A stretch of DNA of 64,000 nt from an uncultured Verrucomicrobiae bacterium (GTDB lineage: Bacteria; Verrucomicrobiota; Verrucomicrobiia; Limisphaerales; Palsa-1400): NCBI GenBank assembly GCA_963707025.1, contig CAVPOM010000005.1, positions 192,001 through 256,000 of the forward strand. Direction: 5' to 3'. A program made the translations under genes and the position numbers. The notes beneath the pieces are model-generated. The model was not told the DNA's origin and made no database searches. It saw only the letters and a program-made list of their open reading frames with translations. Numbering within the stretch: position 1 is the stretch's first letter; every line of letters begins with the position of its first letter. Positions 1 to 10,011 of this stretch are shown in pieces.

Positions 1-206
1 TTCACTTTTCCGGGAGTCCATTCCTGCTCTGCATCGTAATCGCCATCCCAGTCTTAATCCATCTTTCTCAGCATCGCCGCGGTCGGGCCGGCGGAGGGCA
101 AGCCGCCAGCCATTTTCCCGGCGGGCGAATTCGTCGGCTTTGGCTTGCAGTTTCCAGGCGATTTGGTAAAAGGTCTCCAGCCGGTTGGAAACCTGAAGAA
201 ACCTAT

Positions 207-1301
207 ATGGCCCAAATTGACGCGTTATTCAATTTAATGTTCAGCGAGAAAGCCTCGGACTTGCACCTGTCGTCCGGCAACCCGCCCATCCTGCGCATCA
301 ACGGCGAACTGACGCGGGTGGATTCCCCCCCGCTGCAGGACGAGCAGCTCAAGGTCATGCTCTACGAAATCGCCCCGGAGTACAAAATCAAAACCTTCGA
401 GGAAACCGGCGACGTTGATTTTGGCTACGAAATCAGCGGCGTCTCCCGTTTTCGCGCCAACTTTTTCACCCAGAAAAACGGCATCGCCGCCGTCTTCCGC
501 CAGATCCCCACCACGGTGCTCTCGTTCGAGGACTTTGAAAAAGTGGGGGCGCCCTTCCCGCCTGTCTTGAAAAAGTTCGCCATGCTGCACAAGGGGCTGG
601 TGGTCGTCACCGGTCCGACCGGCTCGGGCAAATCCACCACCCTGGCCGCCATCGTGGATTACGCCAACAAAAACCGCCGCGATCATATCATCACCGTCGA
701 GGACCCCATCGAATTTGTCCACAGCAGCATTAGCTGCCTGATCAACCACCGCGAAGTCGGCGTCCACACCAAGTCCTTCGCCACCGCCCTGCGCGGGGCC
801 TTGCGCGAGGACCCGGACATCATCCTGGTGGGGGAATTGCGCGACCTGGAAACCATTGAACTGGCCCTGACCGCCGCCAGCACCGGCCACCTGGTCTTCA
901 GCACCTTGCACACCCAAAGCGCGGCCAAGACGGTGGACCGGATCATTGACGTCTTTCCCGCTGAACAGCAGAACAAAATCCGCGCCACCCTTTCCGAATC
1001 GCTCAAAGGGGTCATCGCCCAGAACCTGTTCAAGCGCGTGGACAAAAAGGGCCGGGTCGCCGCCCTGGAGATCCTGGTCTTCAACACCGCCGTGGCCAAC
1101 ATGGTGCGCGAAGGCAAGACCCACCAGATCCCAGGCATGATCCAGGTCGGCAAGAAATACGGCAACACGCCCCTGGACGATTCCATCATGGACCATCTGA
1201 AAATGAAGCGCATTTCCCCGGAGGAAGCTTACGAAAAATGCCTCGACCGGAAAAAATTCCGCGCCTTTCTGACCAATCCGCCGGACGAGGACGAGATGTA
1301 A
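207..1301 (+). CDS. pilT: Type IV pilus retraction ATPase PilT
   Basis: ASDLHL N-terminus, Walker A GPTGSGKST, Asp box TVEDPIE, ALREDPDIILVGELRD, His box TLHT, AVANMVRE (AIRNLIRE-like) motif. Confidence 0.95.
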   Translation: MAQIDALFNLMFSEKASDLHLSSGNPPILRINGELTRVDSPPLQDEQLKVMLYEIAPEYKIKTFEETGDVDFGYEISGVSRFRANFFTQKNGIAAVFRQIPTTVLSFEDFEKVGAPFPPVLKKFAMLHKGLVVVTGPTGSGKSTTLAAIVDYANKNRRDHIITVEDPIEFVHSSISCLINHREVGVHTKSFATALRGALREDPDIILVGELRDLETIELALTAASTGHLVFSTLHTQSAAKTVDRIIDVFPAEQQNKIRATLSESLKGVIAQNLFKRVDKKGRVAALEILVFNTAVANMVREGKTHQIPGMIQVGKKYGNTPLDDSIMDHLKMKRISPEEAYEKCLDRKKFRAFLTNPPDEDEM

Positions 1302-1363
1302 CCGGGCGCAAGGCCCGCAGAGAGTTTGCCTTTTCAACCTTTTTGGCTTTAATTGACCTGAAT

Positions 1364-2593
1364 ATGCGCCGCAGCGAACTGGATTACATATTGGCGATGA
1401 TGCTCGGGCTGGACCGGCAGACCGAAACGGTCATCCGCCGCCGCCGGGATGTGTCGGACCTGAACTTCACGGTGGACAAGCCCTTGCAAATCGAGCAGTC
1501 CGGCGAATTGATCCCGGTCAGCTTTTATCCCCCCATCGAGAAATTGACGCCCTATCAAACGGAAATGATCGCCTTGAATTTGATCAACGGCAACCCGCGC
1601 CTGACCGAGGATTTGATCCGCAGCGGCTCCTGTGACTCCGCCTACAGCCTGGGCAACGAGGCGCGTTTCCGCGTCAACATCTTCTCCCAGCGCGGCAAGT
1701 TCTCCATCGCCCTGCGCAAGCTCAACACCACCATCCCCACCCTGGAGCAGCTCAAAATGCCGGCCCTGTTTACCGACGTGGCCAAGGAAAAAACCGGCCT
1801 GATCCTGGTGACCGGCGCGACCGGCTCGGGCAAATCCACCACCCTGGCGGCGCTGCTCAACGAAATCAACGAAACCAAATCCATCCACGTCATCACCCTG
1901 GAAGACCCGGTGGAATTTGTTCATCCCCAGAAAAAATCCACCTTCAACCAGCGCGAAATGGGCAGCGATTTCAGCACCTTTGCCACCGGCCTGCGCGCCG
2001 CCCTGCGCCAGGCTCCCAAGGTCGTCCTGGTCGGCGAAATGCGCGACCGCGAAACGGTGGAAATCGGCCTCAGCGCGGCCGAAACCGGCCACCTGGTCAT
2101 GAGCACCCTCCACACCATTGACGCCGGCCAGACCATCAACCGCGTGCTCGGCATGTTCGAGACCGAGGAGCAGGAGCAGGTCCGCGTCCGCCTCTCCGAC
2201 ATTTTGCGCTGGATCATCAGCCAGCGTCTGGCTCCCAAAATCGGCGGCGGCCGCTTCGCCCTGGTCGAAATCATGGGGGCCAACCTGCGCACCAAGGACA
2301 CCATCATTCACGGCGAAAGCGAGGGCAAGAGCTTCTACGAAATCATCGAAGCCAGCCACACCTTCGGCTGGCGCAATTTTGACCAGGCCTGCCTGGAAGC
2401 CTACGAACAAAACATCATCTCCGAGGAAAGCGCCCTTCTTTACTGCACCAAACGCGGCGTCGTCTCCCGCAACATTGACAAGATCAAGAAAGCCCGCGGC
2501 GAATCCGGCAGCCTGTCCGACCTGCAAATGCGGCGCGAGTCGTCCACCGCGCACAAAGCCGCCGGCCCGCCCCCCCCACCACGTTCAAATTAA
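1364..2593 (+). CDS. Second PilT/PilU-family ATPase
   Basis: GATGSGKST, TLEDPVE, ALRQAPKVVLVGEMRD, TLHT; start placed at ATG 1364 (MRRSELD) rather than the overlapping upstream start in the ORF track. Confidence 0.9.
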   Translation: MRRSELDYILAMMLGLDRQTETVIRRRRDVSDLNFTVDKPLQIEQSGELIPVSFYPPIEKLTPYQTEMIALNLINGNPRLTEDLIRSGSCDSAYSLGNEARFRVNIFSQRGKFSIALRKLNTTIPTLEQLKMPALFTDVAKEKTGLILVTGATGSGKSTTLAALLNEINETKSIHVITLEDPVEFVHPQKKSTFNQREMGSDFSTFATGLRAALRQAPKVVLVGEMRDRETVEIGLSAAETGHLVMSTLHTIDAGQTINRVLGMFETEEQEQVRVRLSDILRWIISQRLAPKIGGGRFALVEIMGANLRTKDTIIHGESEGKSFYEIIEASHTFGWRNFDQACLEAYEQNIISEESALLYCTKRGVVSRNIDKIKKARGESGSLSDLQMRRESSTAHKAAGPPPPPRSN

Positions 2594-2602
2594 AGACCTG
2601 AC

Positions 2603-3070
2603 ATGAGTGAGGAATTTGATTTCATCGGCCCGAACGATCTGCCCGCCCTGGTGGCCATCACCAACCCGGAGGCCCTGGTCGCGGTCAAAAGCACCTTGCT
2701 CGAAATGGGCTACAAGGTCCATGTCGTCGAAACCCATCTGCAATTCGAGACCCGTTACAACCAGATCAACTACCAGGCCGTCGTGATCGAGGACATTTTC
2801 GCCGGAAACCCGCTGGAGGAAAACCCCAGCCTCCATTTCCTGCAAAACCTGCCCATGGCCCAGCGCCGTTACGCCAGTTTCTTTCTCCTGGGCGGCGCCT
2901 TTGAAACCCTCAACACCCTCCAGGCCTTCTCCCAAAGCGTCCATTGCGTTGTCAACTATACGGAAATCCCCATGATCGGCCAGCTCATCCAAAAAACCAT
3001 TGCCGAAAACAATCTGTTCCTCAACACCTTCCGCGAAGTCCAGCACCGCGTTTACCAAAAAGCCCCCTGA
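2603..3070 (+). CDS. Hypothetical protein, possibly a degenerate receiver-like alpha/beta fold, in operon with the pilT genes
   Basis: 155-aa ORF starting 9 bp after the upstream stop, host-like codon usage. Confidence 0.75.
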   Translation: MSEEFDFIGPNDLPALVAITNPEALVAVKSTLLEMGYKVHVVETHLQFETRYNQINYQAVVIEDIFAGNPLEENPSLHFLQNLPMAQRRYASFFLLGGAFETLNTLQAFSQSVHCVVNYTEIPMIGQLIQKTIAENNLFLNTFREVQHRVYQKAP

Positions 3071-3221
3071 CCCCCGCGCCCGGCGCCAGTCGTGTCCTGA
3101 TCCTGATGTTACCTTTGATTCCTTTGATGTTGATCGGGCGGGGGTTAGAGCCGTCGGGGAAACCCGGCCTTTCCAGAACCCGGTTTTGGAAAATCCCAGC
3201 GATTTGGATCGGTTTACGAAG

Positions 3222-3250
3222 TTGACAAAGTCCGGCCAAGAGGGCAGACT
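3222..3250 (+). promoter_or_regulatory. Putative sigma70 promoter of the toxin-antitoxin operon
   Basis: TTGACA (3222-3227), 17-bp spacer, CAGACT (3245-3250), 8 bp before ATG 3259; imperfect inverted repeat at 3170-3192 just upstream. Confidence 0.45.
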
Positions 3251-3258
3251 ATTAAAGC

Positions 3259-3849
3259 ATGGCAACTACAGCTACAGTGGAGCGTCCGGTTGCGAAACTC
3301 CAGGACGCCGAAGTGCGGTTCGTGAGGAATATCCGTTCCGCTTTGCGGCAGGGCGCCGAGGAGGCGGATCCCGTGACCGCGGCTCCCCAGAATCTCATCC
3401 GATTGACCGAAATTGCATTTTGTCAGGAATTCCCCGCCGCCAAGGCTGATAATCGCCTGATCAGTGCCATGGCCCGAGGAATCACCGTGCGCCGAAAGCT
3501 CAGGGAAGCAGAAGGGGGGAGCCTGTCAGCGGAAGAGGCGGCTCGAGAATTGGGCATTTCCAAGGCCGCCATTTTAAAGCGGTATCACAAGGGCCGGATC
3601 ATTGCCTGGCGCGAAGAACGGCAGAACGCAGCGCGATTTCCGGTTTGGCAATTCCAAGACGGCAAAGTTTTGAAAGGCCTGGAGGAGGTTCTCCAAATTC
3701 TCAATGCGGGCAGCCGGTTGGATGATTTCGGCCGGATGCTCTTTTTCCTTTCGAACATGGGCTTCCTTGGGAAGAAACGACCCGTGGACTGCTTGCGGGC
3801 GGGAGAGGTGAACAAGGTTTTGCAAGCGGCCCAGGGGCATGGCGGGTAA
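3259..3849 (+). CDS. Antitoxin (HTH plus Xre/MbcA/ParS-like C-terminus)
   Basis: HTH-like LSAEEAARELGISKAAI, FPVWQF motif, C-terminal LGKKRPVDCLRAG; overlaps the RES gene start. Confidence 0.8.
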   Translation: MATTATVERPVAKLQDAEVRFVRNIRSALRQGAEEADPVTAAPQNLIRLTEIAFCQEFPAAKADNRLISAMARGITVRRKLREAEGGSLSAEEAARELGISKAAILKRYHKGRIIAWREERQNAARFPVWQFQDGKVLKGLEEVLQILNAGSRLDDFGRMLFFLSNMGFLGKKRPVDCLRAGEVNKVLQAAQGHGG

Positions 3850-4447
3850 TCCATCTCCCCGCCGCGTCAGACTGCCACCGGCGGACCTGGGAACGCAAAA
3901 GCTTCCCGGCACCCGGCAGATCGCTCGAGCTTGGTTCAGGGTGCATCCCCGTTCGTACCGCGCGATTTTCTTCAACCTCAAACCGACGCATCGTTACTCG
4001 CATCCCCATTGCCCATTTCCGATTCTATACGTTGCCATTGATCCGGAAACCTGTCTCTGGGAAGCCTTTGGCGACGCCGTTTTCGATGACGGACACGCCT
4101 TGCCGAAAACCCAGTGGGATGATTTGGTGGCATCAACGATTCATGTGCCGGATCTCCATCTTTGCGATCTGTCCAAAACAACCACGCGCGGCGCCCTGGC
4201 CGTTGACCTGACAGCACTGATGAACGAGGACCTTGGTGTCCCCCAACAATGGGGCCTGGCGATTCAGATGCACCCCTCACAAGTGCCGGCCATCAAATTC
4301 AAGAGCCGATTTACTGGCCGCGCCTGTCTGGCGATTTTCGACCGCGGAGGAATCCGCCGGCATCTCCGGGAAACCTCCCTGGGCTCATTAAGCCAGTTTG
4401 ACCCAGCCTTGGCCTGGCTCACCAAACACCAAGTGACGTTGGCATAA
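3839..4447 (+). CDS. RES-domain toxin
   Basis: R-E-S signature: HRYS, ILYVA..TCLWE, IKFKSRF..CLAIFDR; coupled to the upstream antitoxin. Confidence 0.85.
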   Translation: MAGNPSPRRVRLPPADLGTQKLPGTRQIARAWFRVHPRSYRAIFFNLKPTHRYSHPHCPFPILYVAIDPETCLWEAFGDAVFDDGHALPKTQWDDLVASTIHVPDLHLCDLSKTTTRGALAVDLTALMNEDLGVPQQWGLAIQMHPSQVPAIKFKSRFTGRACLAIFDRGGIRRHLRETSLGSLSQFDPALAWLTKHQVTLA

Positions 4448-4503
4448 CCGACATGAGCGCTGCCCCGCCCCCGGCGCGCCCAGGGTTGACAACCCGTCTC
4501 ATC

Positions 4504-4527
4504 TATACTATCCATATGGATAGTATA
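4504..4527. promoter_or_regulatory. Perfect 24-bp palindrome, probable LexA operator
   Basis: TATACTATCCATATGGATAGTATA ends on the A of the lexA ATG; TTGACA at 4486-4491 lies inside a second small palindrome GGGTTG-A-CAACCC. Confidence 0.75.
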
Positions 4528-5150
4528 TGAAAGAACTGACCCCAGCCCAGCAACGGGTGCTGGATTTCATCCAAACTGAAGTCCAGGCCTGCCGACCCGC
4601 CCCCACCCTCCGCGAGATGGCCCGCCATTTTCGCTTCCGCAGCCATCGCGCGGCGGCCTGCCACTTGCAGGCGCTGCGGCGCAAGGGCTTCCTCCAGTCC
4701 GAACCCGGCAAAGCCCGCTCCCTGCGCCTGACTTCCCCGCTGGCCAAACTCCGCCGCCGCATCCTGGACATCCCCCTCTTCGGCTCCATCCCCGCCTGCT
4801 GGGCGCAAAGCCGCGAGCAGGAGGCCGAAGGCTGCGTTTCCGTGGACATCCAGAGTATCGGCTTCCTCCCCGCCCGCAACGCTTTCGCCCTGCGTGTCGC
4901 CGGCGATTCCATGATCGGCCGGCACATCTGCGACGGCGACATCGTCCTGCTCGAACACGGCCCGGAACCGCGTCCGGGGCAAATCGTGGCGGCGCTGATT
5001 GACCGCAAAAGCACGCTCAAGACCTTCCTGGTCAAAAACGGCAAACCCTTTCTCAAGGCGGAAAACCCAAAATATCCCGACCTCATTCCGTCCGACGAAC
5101 TGATGATCCAGGGCGTCTTCCGCGCCCTCCTGCGCAAGGCGCGCGAATGA
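4527..5150 (+). CDS. lexA: LexA repressor
   Basis: LTPAQQRVLDFI..PTLREMA..HLQALRRKGFL winged helix; S24 peptidase GDSM serine and TLK lysine; the usual Ala-Gly cleavage site reads Ala-Cys. Confidence 0.93.
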   Translation: MKELTPAQQRVLDFIQTEVQACRPAPTLREMARHFRFRSHRAAACHLQALRRKGFLQSEPGKARSLRLTSPLAKLRRRILDIPLFGSIPACWAQSREQEAEGCVSVDIQSIGFLPARNAFALRVAGDSMIGRHICDGDIVLLEHGPEPRPGQIVAALIDRKSTLKTFLVKNGKPFLKAENPKYPDLIPSDELMIQGVFRALLRKARE

Positions 5151-5153
5151 ATT

Positions 5154-8100
5154 ATGCGGACCATTGTTCATCTGGATGCGGATGCGTTTTTCGCCGCGGT
5201 CGAACAGGCGTCCGACCCGAAGTTGCGCGGCCAGCCAGTCGCCGTGGGCGGCGAGAAACGCGGCATCATTGCCTCCGCCTCGTATGAGGCGCGAAAATTC
5301 GGCGTCTCTACGCCGATGCCGACGGCGCGGGCGCGCAAACTCTGCCCAAAGCTGATCGTTCTCCCCGGCGATTTTGAGCGTTACGAGCAGTTCAGCCACT
5401 GGATGTTCGGCTACTGCTACGATTTCACGCCGGAGGTGGAACAAACTTCCATTGATGAAGGCTACTTCGATTTGTCCTGCGTTCGGAAATCGCCGGTGGA
5501 AATCGCGCTGGCCATCCGCCAGGCCATCGGCCAAAAGCTTAAAATTACGGTGAGTGAAGGGATCGGCGCCAACAAACTCGTCAGCGCCATCGCCTCCAAG
5601 CTGACCAAGCCCGCCGCCTTCCACGAAGTTCCCCCCGGCGGCGAGGCGGCGTTTCTTCATCCCTTGCCCAACCAATGGTTGCCGGGCATCGGTCCGCAAA
5701 CCAGCGCGCGCCTCAACGCCGCCGGCCTGGCCCAAATCCGCCATATCGCCGCCACCCCGCTGGAAATGCTCGGACTTCTTCTCGGCAATCAGTCCGCGGC
5801 CATCCGGCAATTCGCGCGCGGGATTGACGAGCGCCCGCTGGTTCCCCTGCGCGAACCGCAAAAATCCTTCAGCCAGCAGGAAACTTTCCCGGCGGACGTG
5901 ACGGACGAGGAATACATCCAGGCCGCCTTGCGGCGCATGGCCGACCACTTGTTTGCCAGGGTGCGCCAGGAAGGCCGCAGCATCCGCACGCTGACGGTCA
6001 AAGTCCGCTACAACGACATGGCGGAAGATCAGGTCAACGAAAGTCTGCGCGAGCCGACCGACTTGGAAACGGACGTTTATGGGCGCCTGGGCGCCATGCT
6101 CGGCTGCGCCTGGAAACGGCGCGTGAGTCTGCGCCTGGTGTCGCTCAAGCTGGCCAACGTCTATGACGGCCGCTTTCACGGCGAGCTGGCGCTGGAGGCA
6201 TCCGCCCAACGGCAAAACGCACAATCCCGCCTGGCGGCGGTGATTGACGAGTTGCGCCGGGCGCGGGGGCACACCGTCATCATGCGCGGGCATGACCTCC
6301 GGTTGAGAACCCCGCCCGCCGACACCGCCGCCAGCCTCACCCGGCAGGATTGGATCCCGCCCCGGCGGACGCTGGCGCCGGTGAAACGGGATGTCTGCGA
6401 TTACGTTCCACTCCGCGTTCACAGCCACTATTCATTTCTCGATGCCACACTCTCCCCTGTTGCCATCGTCCAACTGGCCAGGCGTCATGGCCTGCCTGCC
6501 GTCGCCCTGACCGACACGGGCAACCTGCACGGCGCGGTTGAGTTTGTGCAGGCAGCCAAGGAGGCCGGGGTGAAGCCAATTCTGGGCGCGGAACTGCGCC
6601 TGGGGGACCAGCCGCTGCTGCTTTACGTCGCGTCGGCGCGGGGCTGGCACAATCTCTGCCGGTTGCTCTCCAACCATGCCGGGCGGCACGGACCCGGGCG
6701 CCGACGAAGCCTCGGTCGCCAACCAGCAGCGTGGTCCCTTCTGGCGCGAAGAATTCAGCGGACTGACGGAAGGATTGATTGCCGTCAGCCAGGACGCGCG
6801 GTTGGCAGAAATGTTTCCGCGCCATTTCTACGGTCTGGCGGCATCCCGCGACACCCCCGGCCATTTTCCCATGGCGGCCTGCCCCTCCATCCACTGCGCC
6901 ACCCGCGATGACCGGCAGAAATACGACATCGTGCAAAGCATCCGCACGCGGACGCTCCTGCGCCACCCCCACCCGGACAAACGCAGCGGCGGCCGGCTTC
7001 ATTTCCGCGCTCCCGCTGAGATGATGATGGCGTGCCGGGATCATCCTGACTGGTTGCGTCACACCCAGGAGATCGCGGCGCGTTGCGACTTCGACCTCCC
7101 CTTCGGCCAGCCGCAATTTCCGGCGTTCGCAACGCCGGACGGCTCGCGGCCGGGGGAGTTTCTGCGGCGGCTCGTGCGGCAGGGGCTGCGCCGGCGTTAT
7201 GGCAGGCAGGCGGACAAATTCCAGCCGCAAGTGGCGGAGGAGCTCGGCATCATCAACGAGGTGGGTTACGAGGACTACTTCCTCATCACCTGGGATTTTC
7301 TGCAAGAGTGCCGCCGGCGCGGCCTGGAGTGGATCACGCGCGGCAGCGCGGCCGACAGCCTGGTTTGCTACTGCCTGGGCATTTCCGGCGTTTGCCCCAT
7401 CCGCTTCGATCTCTACTTCCGCCGTTTCCTCAACAAGGAGCGCATGGCCCTGCACAAACTGCCGGACATTGACATTGATTTTGCCCACGACCGCAAGGAC
7501 GACGCGGTGAAACTCCTCTTCGACAAATACGGCCGCGAACATTGCGCCGCCGTCGGCGGATTCTCCACCTTCCAGGCGCGCAGCGCCTTTGCCGAGGTGG
7601 CCAAGGTGCTGGGGGTGGCGGAACGCGAAGTCAGAAAGTTCACCGACCATTTCCCGTGGAGCTTTGGCGGCGGTTGGATCCCCGATGAACCCACCCCCGG
7701 CGGCGGGGCGGGTTTGGTGGAAATGCTGCGCGCCAGTCCTGAAAACCGCGATCTGCCCTTCGACGAGGAACCCTACCGGACGGCCTTGCACATGGCCGAG
7801 TTTCTCGACGGCGTGCCGCGCTATCCGAAGATGCACCCGTGCGGCCTGGTGCTCTCGCGCCAGCCGATGCACGAGCTGACGCCGACCTTCGTCGCCCACA
7901 AGGGTTATGCCACAACCCACTTCGACATGGACGCGGTGGAGGCGGTGGGTTTGGTCAAGATGGATATTCTGGCGCAAGGGGGCCTGGCGGCGATGCGCGA
8001 CGTCAAGGCCATGCTGGAGCGCCGCGGCATCGCCGTGGATCTGGAGCGGTGTGTGGCGCGGCATAAATCCGACGGCCGTTTGCTGCGGGGCAACCCGCCA

Positions 8101-9509
8101 GCGCCGAGCCGTGGCAGGATGAAAATGTTTGGGAGATGATCGCCGGCGGCCAGGCCCGCGCCGTCCATCACATCGAATCCCCCGCCATGACCAGCCTCTG
8201 CCGCCAATGCAACGTGCGTGAGATTGACGGCCTCATTGCCATCGTCAGCGTCATCCGTCCCGGCGCGGCCAACCAAGGCAAGAAGCTGGCCTTCACGCGG
8301 CGTTATCAAGGACTGGAGCCGGTGGCGTATCCGCATCCGTCGCTGGAGCCGTGCTTGCGCAGCACTTATGGGCTGGTGGTTTACGAGGAACATATTCTCC
8401 AGTTGTGCGAGGCGTTCGCGGGTTTGCCGCCCGGCCGCGCCGACATTCTGCGCCGGGCCTTGAACAAACAGAAACGCGCCGTGATTGAGGAGATGCGCGG
8501 CGAGTTCTTCCAGGCGGCGCTGGCGCGCGGCCACACGCTGGAGAAGACCGCCGAAGTGTGGGCGCTGGCCACCGGCTTTGCCGGTTACGCTTTCTGCAAA
8601 GCCCACAGCACCGCCTATGGCGTGGAGGCGTATCAGTCCGCCTGGCTCAAGCGTTATTTTCCCGCCGAGTTCATGGCCGCCGTGCTGACCCAGGGCAAAG
8701 GCTTTTACCATCCGCTGGTCTATGTTCTGGAATGCCACCGGCTCGGTTTGAAGCTGCTGCCGCCGTCGGTCAATGAACCCGGACCAACCTTCGTGCCGCA
8801 CGGCAACTCCATCCGCGTGCCACTGACGCGAGTCAAGGGACTCACCGCGCGCACGGCCGATGCCATGCTGCAAGCTCGTGACCGCGGGCCGTTCGCCTCC
8901 CTGGCCGATTTCTTCCGCCGCGTCCTTCCGGCGGGCGAAGAACTGGAAGCGATGATTCGCGCCGGCGGCCTGGATGAATTCGGCGAAACCCGCACCCGCC
9001 AATTCTGGCAGGCGCGGCATCTGCTCAAAACCTTCGGGGCGGGCGTGACGCCGGAGCAGGGCTGGCTGGTTCCCCCGCCGGGACTGGAACAGCAGCCCGC
9101 CATCCCCCTCCAGGAGCCAACCCGCCTGCAACGTCTCCAATGGGAAACCGATCTCTTCGGTTTCGCCGTGAGCGGACATCCCCTGGAATTGTTTCCAGAC
9201 ATCGCCTGGGACACCTACTGTCCCGTCCGCCGCCTGGGCGAATTTATGGGTGACACCGTGACCGTCTGCGGGCTGGTGGTGGAGCAGCGCATCCATCACC
9301 AGATCACCGGCGAGCCGATGAAATTCCTGAGCCTGGCCGACTGGACCGGCATCGTCGAAACCGAACTTTTTGCCCAGACCTACCAAAGTCATGGCCTGGC
9401 GACCATCCGCCATCCCGTCCTGGAAATAGAAGCCCGGGTGGAACCCTTTGAAAACCAGCGCGGCTTCTCCCTGCGCGCCCTCCGCGCCGGCAAACCCCGC
9501 ACCCGGTAA
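5154..9509 (+). CDS. Fused DNA polymerase IV (Y family) / DnaE2-like C-family polymerase, ~1451 codons, with two compensating frameshifts (~6680 and ~8100)
   Basis: DinB motifs HLDADAFFAAVE, ASYEARKFG, SIDE; PHP motif HSHYSFLD..ALTDTGNLHG in the same uninterrupted ORF; RGSAADSL, PDIDID, KMDIL, GLVVYEEH, YAFCKAHS and a C-terminal OB fold in the two following ORFs; first and last ORFs share one frame. Confidence 0.88.
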
Positions 9510-9707
9510 ATTCCGACGGAGAAGTGGCGGGGGTAATGTCCCAGTCTTAATCCTAATCTTAATCCTAATCTCTTCTTGAGGCCATTTCTCATTGGTAATT
9601 GGGGATTAAGATTAGGATTAAGATTAAGATTACGAGCCGGATGAGAGACTGCCAGGGGAAGCGACAGCCTCAAGGCAGGAGCGACAACGAGATGGGTTTC
9701 TCCCGCG
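9500..9707. repeat. Left copy of a diverged direct repeat (polymerase stop + intergenic hairpin + copy of the 3' end of the 15831-17219 gene)
   Basis: cacccggtaaat...gtcccagtcttaatcc...ccatttctcatt matches 14649-14745; 9670-9707 matches 15831-15868. Confidence 0.85.
9543..9631. repeat. Inverted pair of hexamer arrays (CTTAAT/CCTAAT)n ... (GATTAA/GATTAG)n forming a long hairpin
   Basis: Directly visible; related arrays at ~47-69, 14688-15805 and 29638-29660. Confidence 0.85.
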
Positions 9708-9789
9708 CTGATACCCGGGCGGCCAGCAAGTGTGGGGGGCGACTTGTTGGACGCCCACTCTTGCAGGCAGGGTGAGATGCGCCACACCC

Positions 9790-9865
9790 GTTACACCGTT
9801 ACAGTCGTTGATTATCAAGGGTTTACGAAAAGTGCCCCCGTTACACCCCGTTACATTCTGTTACA
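9790..9865. repeat. Five GTTACA direct repeats around an IHF-consensus site
   Basis: GTTACA at 9790, 9798, 9840, 9850, 9860; TATCAAGGGTTTA at 9813-9825 fits WATCAANNNNTTR. Confidence 0.7.
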
Positions 9866-10011
9866 TCCAGCTTACCGCGCTTCATCATCTCGGTCAGGTC
9901 TTCGATGAGTTGCTCCCTGTCATTGGCCCCTTCGATGCTGGCCATGATCTCCTCGACGGCCCCTGCCTCGTTTTGCCAATCAACCGCCTCCTGAGCTATA
10001 TTACAATACCA

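Noticed and set aside
4486..4509. TTGACA with TATACT as the lexA -35/-10 pair
   Set aside because: Spacing is only 12 bp; the promoter position cannot be assigned from sequence alone
5154..6300. Calling the Y-family domain ImuB
   Set aside because: The catalytic DADAFF and SIDE motifs are intact and no imuA is present
6670..8140. Programmed frameshifting in the polymerase fusion
   Set aside because: No slippery run at either site, and similar indels occur in unrelated genes across the window
9843..10011. Read-through continuation of intI after the TAA
   Set aside because: The in-frame downstream peptide (WYCNIAQEAVDWQNE...) has no tyrosine-recombinase motifs
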